From an uncultured Holosporaceae bacterium (GTDB lineage Bacteria > Pseudomonadota > Alphaproteobacteria > UBA3830), in the NCBI GenBank assembly GCA_964532905.1, contig CAZHJM010000001.1, positions 121,593 through 185,592 on the forward strand: a DNA stretch of 64,000 bases, given 5' to 3'. Positions 58,933 through 64,000 of the stretch are shown here, one piece after another. Each line of letters begins with the position of its first letter. Position 1 is the stretch's first letter. The notes beneath the pieces are model-generated. The model saw nothing but the letters and a program-made list of their open reading frames with translations, was not told the DNA's origin and did no database searches. The translations under genes were made by a program, and so were the position numbers.

Positions 58933-59275
58933 CGCGTCATTTTAATCATTTCTTTTTCAGGTTCTAGTATAATTCTGAGTAACCATATTGCAAACTTTGA
59001 GTCATTCTGAACGATTATTCTTCCACTCTCGCGTCATTCTGAGCGAGTGTAATAAGTGTGAGAATCTATTATTCTTTCTCAACCTTATTCTACAACAAAT
59101 ATTCTGAAATTACTGTAGATTGCCACGTCACTCCGTTCCTCGCAATGACGCCAGAAGAAAATGATATACTTCTGCGCCTAGGCGTCATTCTGAGCGAGTG
59201 CAACGAGCGTGAGAATCCATATGTGTACTTTCATTATCAAATGGATTACCAAGTCGCTCTGCTTCTCATAATGAT
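58933..59275. repeat. repeat cluster 11 (S-R-Q-R-Q modules, minus orientation)
   Basis: Contains gcgtcattctgagcgagtgtaataagtgtgagaatc, gattgccacgtcactccgttcctcgcaatgacg and ggcgtcattctgagcgagtgcaacgagcgtgagaatcc. Confidence 0.85.
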
Positions 59276-59352
59276 GGAAAATAGAAATAATACTCGTAAT
59301 GATAATAGAAAAAATCCCCAGTATCTAAACTATTTTTTTAATTTATAAAAAC

Positions 59353-59859
59353 TTACAATTGGGATATTAATGCAAGAGCTTGTCCTTTTAAAAACTGATT
59401 ATTTATTACAGTTTGCAAAGACACTGAGTCAGTAGTATCCCCCTTTGTAAAAATAAAAGCATTTCCTCCACCGGCACGTTGACGACATAAAGAACAATGG
59501 ATATTATCAAGGGTTCCTTTAATCAGTTTAATTTTAGGTTGACAGTCAAAATCTGTTTTTTCTATTGCTATATAACATAAGATTTTTTTATGTTCAAAAT
59601 CTTCTATTTTTACAGACTGTTGTTCAAATGTTTCTTTATTAAGTATAACTGTAAACACACCATCCTTAGTTAAAGATATGCTATTGCTTCCACTACGATT
59701 TTCTAATGTATTCCTTAATGAAATAACAGGATTATTTGTTTCAATAACCTGAGCGATAAATTGCCTACCATTAATACCTTGAACATTAATAGAGATACTA
59801 TTCATGCTTATCACTTCAAAACAAAAAACTATACAAAAAAGAAAAATATTTTTTATCAT
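59353..59859 (-). CDS. hypothetical secreted protein
   Basis: 168 aa with signal-like MIKNIFLFCIVFCFEVISM. No family recognised. Confidence 0.45.
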   Translation of the reverse strand: MIKNIFLFCIVFCFEVISMNSISINVQGINGRQFIAQVIETNNPVISLRNTLENRSGSNSISLTKDGVFTVILNKETFEQQSVKIEDFEHKKILCYIAIEKTDFDCQPKIKLIKGTLDNIHCSLCRQRAGGGNAFIFTKGDTTDSVSLQTVINNQFLKGQALALISQL

Positions 59860-59930
59860 ATCTTCACCTCAAATAAAATTATTACAAAAATATTATAACT
59901 AGAATAATGGAAATACACCATAGTGGAACT

Positions 59931-61169
59931 CTAAATCAAAAATGCCACAGGATCATTTTCAATATTAATTTTAGAAAAAAATAAATCCGTCATTGCCCAT
60001 ACCATGGCATCTAATCTATCAGGTGATTTTTGACCTGGTTCATAAGTAACCATTTGCATTTCTAACTCACGAAATTGATAGGCATGAAAAATCATCTTTT
60101 TTTGATATAAAATAGCAATTGGTGAAGCTCTTTCTATTTTAGATTTATGTGCATATACAGGCTTTAAAATAATATTATTGTCTATTGATTTAAGTAAATT
60201 CGTCAATAACTCTCCTCCTGCATTCGTTTCTATTACAACTTTTTTAGCTCGATATTTTCTATAAAGTTCTACAATACGATATGCCCATTTATCAGGAGGC
60301 AAATTAGCACTAGCATCCTCTAAAACATAAGCTTTACCAAATCCATCTTTCCCAGCTACAATAATTCCTGTTTCATCGCTACTTTCTTTACTAGTAATTG
60401 CTGGATCAACCGCTATTATAATATTATCCAAATAATGAGGAGGTGATTTATAACAATTTTCGATATCTGACCATCCCCATAATGTATTTTGTCTATCTTC
60501 AACAATTTCTGCATAAATTTCTTGTGCTTCTAGACGCGTACCTTTTAAATATTCTAATTGTTGTAAAAATGTTGGAGATAAATTTTCTTTATTCTCCAAA
60601 GAAGACCCTCTTACCGTTATAACATCTTTACGAGCAATTAAATCTTTTAAAAATTGCAATGGTCTAGGAGTAGTTGTTAAAATCATCTTGGGATCTTTCC
60701 CTAATCTTAATGACAATGATAATTGGTCAAAAGTTTCCCTAGGATATGCAAACTTCGCAAATTCATCTACCCAGGCGGCATCAAATTGTGGTCCCCTTAG
60801 TTGTTCATAATTTTCTGCCCCATATAAAGTAGCAATAGCGCCATTTCCCCATGTTAATAATCTCTTAGTATGGTTATAAACTAATTTATCATTTTTATTA
60901 TTTATAGATAAAATTCCACTTTCACCTTCCACCATAACTTGTTTTGCTTCTTGAATAGTATTAGCAATTAAAGCAATACGTTTATATTTTCCTGATATTA
61001 TTAATTTACGAATACCTTCGGCGGCTGCTCGAGTTTTTCCAAAACCTCTACCGGCTAAAATTAACCAAATTCGCCAATCACCTTGTGGCATTAGTTGATT
61101 AGGACGCGCTATTTCTTCCCAGGGGGGATTTTGAAATTCTTGAAAATCATTTTGAACAGAATAATTCAT
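59931..61169 (-). CDS. phage/GTA-type terminase large subunit
   Basis: 412 aa. It has the Walker A-like LILAGRGFGKTRAAAEG and the Walker B-like FDAAWVDEF, which end in the catalytic Glu. The nuclease half has IIAVDPA and DRLDAMVWAMTDL. The protein resembles alphaproteobacterial GTA g2 proteins. Confidence 0.85.
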   Translation of the reverse strand: MNYSVQNDFQEFQNPPWEEIARPNQLMPQGDWRIWLILAGRGFGKTRAAAEGIRKLIISGKYKRIALIANTIQEAKQVMVEGESGILSINNKNDKLVYNHTKRLLTWGNGAIATLYGAENYEQLRGPQFDAAWVDEFAKFAYPRETFDQLSLSLRLGKDPKMILTTTPRPLQFLKDLIARKDVITVRGSSLENKENLSPTFLQQLEYLKGTRLEAQEIYAEIVEDRQNTLWGWSDIENCYKSPPHYLDNIIIAVDPAITSKESSDETGIIVAGKDGFGKAYVLEDASANLPPDKWAYRIVELYRKYRAKKVVIETNAGGELLTNLLKSIDNNIILKPVYAHKSKIERASPIAILYQKKMIFHAYQFRELEMQMVTYEPGQKSPDRLDAMVWAMTDLFFSKINIENDPVAFLI

Positions 61170-61256
61170 ATTGCAATCTCCAAAAAATATAAAATCTTTG
61201 CGAATAATTAACTTTTATCTGTCATAAATATAAAGAGAATATGTACGGTGCTAATA

Positions 61257-61418
61257 ATGAATGTTAATGCAAAAAAAGCTATCAAGAAATATGAAAAAGA
61301 GCCAAAAATGAAAGAAACTGAAATAGAAAAAGCAATCAAAAAAAATGATGAAGAATGGGTAAAAAGAATGTTGTTACTAACATTAACAATGATTCTTGCC
61401 CTTCTTGGTTTAGATTAA
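61257..61418 (+). CDS. possible small tail-anchored membrane protein (53 aa), hand-translated
   Basis: MNVNAKKAIKKYEKEPKMKETEIEKAIKKNDEEWVKRMLLLTLTMILALLGLD. It is below the ORF-track cutoff and is followed by a 9-bp hairpin. Confidence 0.2.
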   Translation: MNVNAKKAIKKYEKEPKMKETEIEKAIKKNDEEWVKRMLLLTLTMILALLGLD

Positions 61419-61427
61419 CAAATTGCT

Positions 61428-61450
61428 GGGTGTGTAATTTCTACACACCC
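61428..61450. terminator. perfect 9-bp hairpin between the small ORF and tRNA-Lys
   Basis: gggtgtgta-atttc-tacacaccc with no T-run on either side. Its function is uncertain. Confidence 0.3.
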
Positions 61451-61480
61451 AATCAATAAAGGAGGCAATTTTGTATGAGA

Positions 61481-61556
<76 letters not shown>

Positions 61557-61920
61557 TAACCATTTAAACATATATCATTAGTGAGTTTTTTGTCTAGATG
61601 CTTTTATAATTATTAACATTTTCTTAATTTTTCAATTTAGTCTATGAATTAATAATTACTATGAAATTAAAGATTCTCATTTTAATAAAATTTAAAATGT
61701 TTAAAATTAATTTTCATAGTGTTTTCAAATAATTAGCCCATAAATTAACAAGAATTCCAGAATTTAAGCTTTCTATTTCAATAAATATAGCCTTTAATCA
61801 GGAGTTAAAAGTACTTTTTCACAAAATTAAGTTCTATAAACCTTAATTCTTAAAATTGAAAATATAATCAAGCAATAGCTTAATTTAAGACTTTAAAACT
61901 GCTATTTATTACATACTTTT

Positions 61921-62440
61921 CGTCATTGTGGAGAGCATTTTCCTTTTCCAGCGTCATTGTGAGGATTTTCTCTATTTCATAATCACACGGAGACATATAG
62001 TCTCCGCCTTTCCCACTTATTATGTGGCAATCCATAACAATACTGAAATGTAGGCAGAAGTATTAAGTAAAGGTAAATTCTTACGTTCGTTACTCTCTCT
62101 CAGAATGACGCCAATGGCGTGTTGATACGAATGGTTACACTAAGTATGCTGCTATAGATGTTTCCTTACGTCATTACATGGAGCGTTTTTCCATTCCGTC
62201 ATTACGAGGAATGAAGTGACGTGGTAATCCATTATCAGCTTAAAGAATATAGAGTACACAAACAGATTCTCACACTCACTACGTTCGTTCAGAATGACGC
62301 AAGTAGCGTGAGGACAGTGCTTATAGCGTCGTTATGAGAGTTCTTCTCATTTTCGTCATTGAGGAAAACATTCTCCCTCTTAGCATCATTACACGAAGCT
62401 ATATAGGCTTCGCCTCTTACACTTTTCGTCATTATAAAGT
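61921..62440. repeat. repeat cluster 12 (mixed modules, + orientation)
   Basis: Contains cacggagacatatagtctccgcctttcccacttattatgtggcaatccataa, cgtcattacgaggaatgaagtgacgtggtaatcc, agattctcacactcactacgttcgttcagaatgacg and agcatcattacacgaagctatataggcttcgcctcttacac. Confidence 0.85.
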
Positions 62441-62588
62441 ATGGAAAGAATAACCGTAAAAGAATGAAAGTCTATTCAAATGATGCTAAATAATCATGCT
62501 TCAAACAAATAAGTTTCTATTCTTGCATAATCAATAGTAATATCATATCCTAATTATTTATACAGAATCAAATTCGCAAAATACATAA

Positions 62589-62984
62589 CTAATACTTCAA
62601 TTTTTCAGTAATAGTTTGCTGAACATCTTTTTTTCTAGTCGAACTAAATTCACAACTATAAGCATCTTTTAAACAAGCTCCAAAAATTCCAGCAACTGTA
62701 GAAACTATCCCAACGACTTCGCCAGGAAGATCATTTTTATAAGTAGTTAATATTAAAAGACAGAATATCAAGCCAGATGCCGCTCCAACAACCATAATCG
62801 TTAGCCTTTTATTTCTAATAACCGAATTAATTACATTGACATTTCCTGAGTTTTTTTCATCGTATTCTTCGATATTTTTATCAATATTGCTACATTCAGG
62901 TAATCCATTTGTTTTTTTAAAAACACCTCCAATATTATTTTTTACTTGATTTATTGAATCTAAAACTATTTTATCTATTGTCAT
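62589..62984 (-). CDS. small membrane protein, 2 predicted TM segments (holin-like position)
   Basis: 131 aa. Hydrophobic segments are LTIMVVGAASGLIFCLLILTTY and VVGIVSTVAGIFGACL. It lies immediately downstream of the SleB-like hydrolase. Confidence 0.4.
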   Translation of the reverse strand: MTIDKIVLDSINQVKNNIGGVFKKTNGLPECSNIDKNIEEYDEKNSGNVNVINSVIRNKRLTIMVVGAASGLIFCLLILTTYKNDLPGEVVGIVSTVAGIFGACLKDAYSCEFSSTRKKDVQQTITEKLKY

Positions 62985-62985
62985 A

Positions 62986-63405
62986 CTAATCTCCTTTTTT
63001 TAAGCTGTAAAAATAATGATTACCAAATATTCGTTTTGGTGAAATATATGCTGCCCAATATGGTTTTATTGTTTTTTCATGATAATGATCACAACCATCT
63101 GTTAAATCTGGCCAAACTTCATATAAAACCTTATTTGCAACTAAATTACATGTTTTATATATTTCAGAATTTGTATTAACTTCTTTAATTTTTTTATAAT
63201 TTATATCATTATGATTCCAGCAGGAAAATTGATATGGAGCTAAACAAACTTCTGAAATACTTTTAGCAAAATGTTTTTTAAAACGATTGAATATAACGTT
63301 TGCCACCGCTATTAAAGAAGAGAGCCCAAAAAGAGATAATTCTCCGCGAGCTTCTCCATAAATAGTTTTTGTGGCTATGTCTAAATCATAATCTGAATAA
63401 TTCAT
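62986..63405 (-). CDS. cell wall hydrolase, SleB/Hydrolase_2 family
   Basis: 139 aa. TIYGEARGE, VANVIFNR and YQFSCWN are hallmark motifs of the family. Confidence 0.85.
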   Translation of the reverse strand: MNYSDYDLDIATKTIYGEARGELSLFGLSSLIAVANVIFNRFKKHFAKSISEVCLAPYQFSCWNHNDINYKKIKEVNTNSEIYKTCNLVANKVLYEVWPDLTDGCDHYHEKTIKPYWAAYISPKRIFGNHYFYSLKKGD

Positions 63406-63435
63406 AATTTAATTCCTTCTATTAAATAAATTCTA

Positions 63436-64000
63436 TTATTCTTTTTTTAATGTTTCGAATTTTATTACAACTAAATTCGTCCCAATAATCTGATAGACTG
63501 CACAACTTTTATAAGTTATAGTTTCTTCATTTTTTATCAATTGAATTTCACAACCTCCACCTCTTATTTTATCATATAAATTAAGAGATGGAGGAAATGA
63601 AAAATTCACTTTTTTATAATTTCTAGTATCTTTTCTAACATCAATATTTTTATTCAATAACGATGAAATAGTATATGATTTTATTTTTAAATCTGTCTTG
63701 TCAAATACGCTTCTACATACACAAGGTTCGATTTGTTTTAGATGGCATCCGTAAAAATAGAATCCTCCATACGGATAAAATTGACAAGATACTTTACTGC
63801 CATCATCATAAATAATTTCCTGATTAATGGATTGTTCTAACAAACCAGATGCACCACAAATATCAAAATCCAATTGTAATAAATTATCTGAAAAATCTAA
63901 TTTAAAATTTTCTGTCTCTTTTCCTGTTAAATCTTCTTTTTTTCCGTCATGTATGTAATATCCACTATCTTCATATTTTAAATAAACAGCTTTGCAAAAA
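63436..64000 (-). CDS. hypothetical protein, 5' end outside the window
   Basis: The reading frame stays open upstream of the TTG listed at 63873, all the way to the window edge (...FCKAVYLKYEDSGYYIHDGKKEDLTGKETENFKLDFSDNLLQLDFDICGAS...). It is co-directional with the hydrolase. Confidence 0.5.
   Translation of the reverse strand, partial: FCKAVYLKYEDSGYYIHDGKKEDLTGKETENFKLDFSDNLLQLDFDICGASGLLEQSINQEIIYDDGSKVSCQFYPYGGFYFYGCHLKQIEPCVCRSVFDKTDLKIKSYTISSLLNKNIDVRKDTRNYKKVNFSFPPSLNLYDKIRGGGCEIQLIKNEETITYKSCAVYQIIGTNLVVIKFETLKKE

Noticed and set aside
58631-59352. att-site duplicate of the tRNA-Lys 3' end that would delimit an integrated element containing the terminase
   Set aside because: No copy of the tRNA-Lys 3' segment (tggtgggcgccagaggactcgaacc) is seen in the candidate boundary region, so integration at the tRNA cannot be supported.

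Overview
AT-rich (roughly 30% G+C by eye), gene-dense bacterial chromosome segment using the standard code: TGA is a stop, as in the gltX/cysS ATGA overlap at 23317-23320. The gene content includes rpsT-dnaA, serS-surE-nlpD-yajC-secD-secF, GapR/DUF2312, a GTA-type terminase, RNase J, LpxC and an H+-pyrophosphatase. Together with Rickettsia-palindromic-element-like intergenic repeats, this suggests an intracellular alphaproteobacterium (Rickettsiales/Holosporales-like). The taxon cannot be fixed without a database search. I support about 55 CDS, 4 tRNAs (Arg-TCT, Thr-TGT, Gln-CTG, Lys-CTT), several rho-independent terminators and one toxin-antitoxin operator. Most of the window is housekeeping. 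Six things stand out. (1) A 2120-aa ORF has ends that look like a TadG-type von Willebrand A pseudopilin. That domain appears interrupted by a Cys/Asn-rich insertion of about 1500 aa, and the largest repeat clusters bracket the gene in inverted orientation. (2) A modular, comparatively GC-rich family of dispersed repeats fills 12 intergenic sites. It forms about 140-bp inverted arms around an outer-membrane-protein gene and 260-340-bp direct copies with terminal inverted repeats around a lipoprotein gene. It also forms a tandem array with a period of about 30 bp. (3) A class III (anaerobic) ribonucleotide reductase has its glycyl-radical loop on a separate 61-aa ORF between nrdD and nrdG. (4) An orphan Flp pilin gene has no Tad machinery in the window. 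(5) A yefM-yoeB module has a perfect TGTACA-type palindromic operator. (6) A GTA/prophage remnant (orphan terminase, plus a SleB-like hydrolase and a 2-TM protein) is split by tRNA-Lys. All family assignments come from motif recognition by eye, with no searches run.
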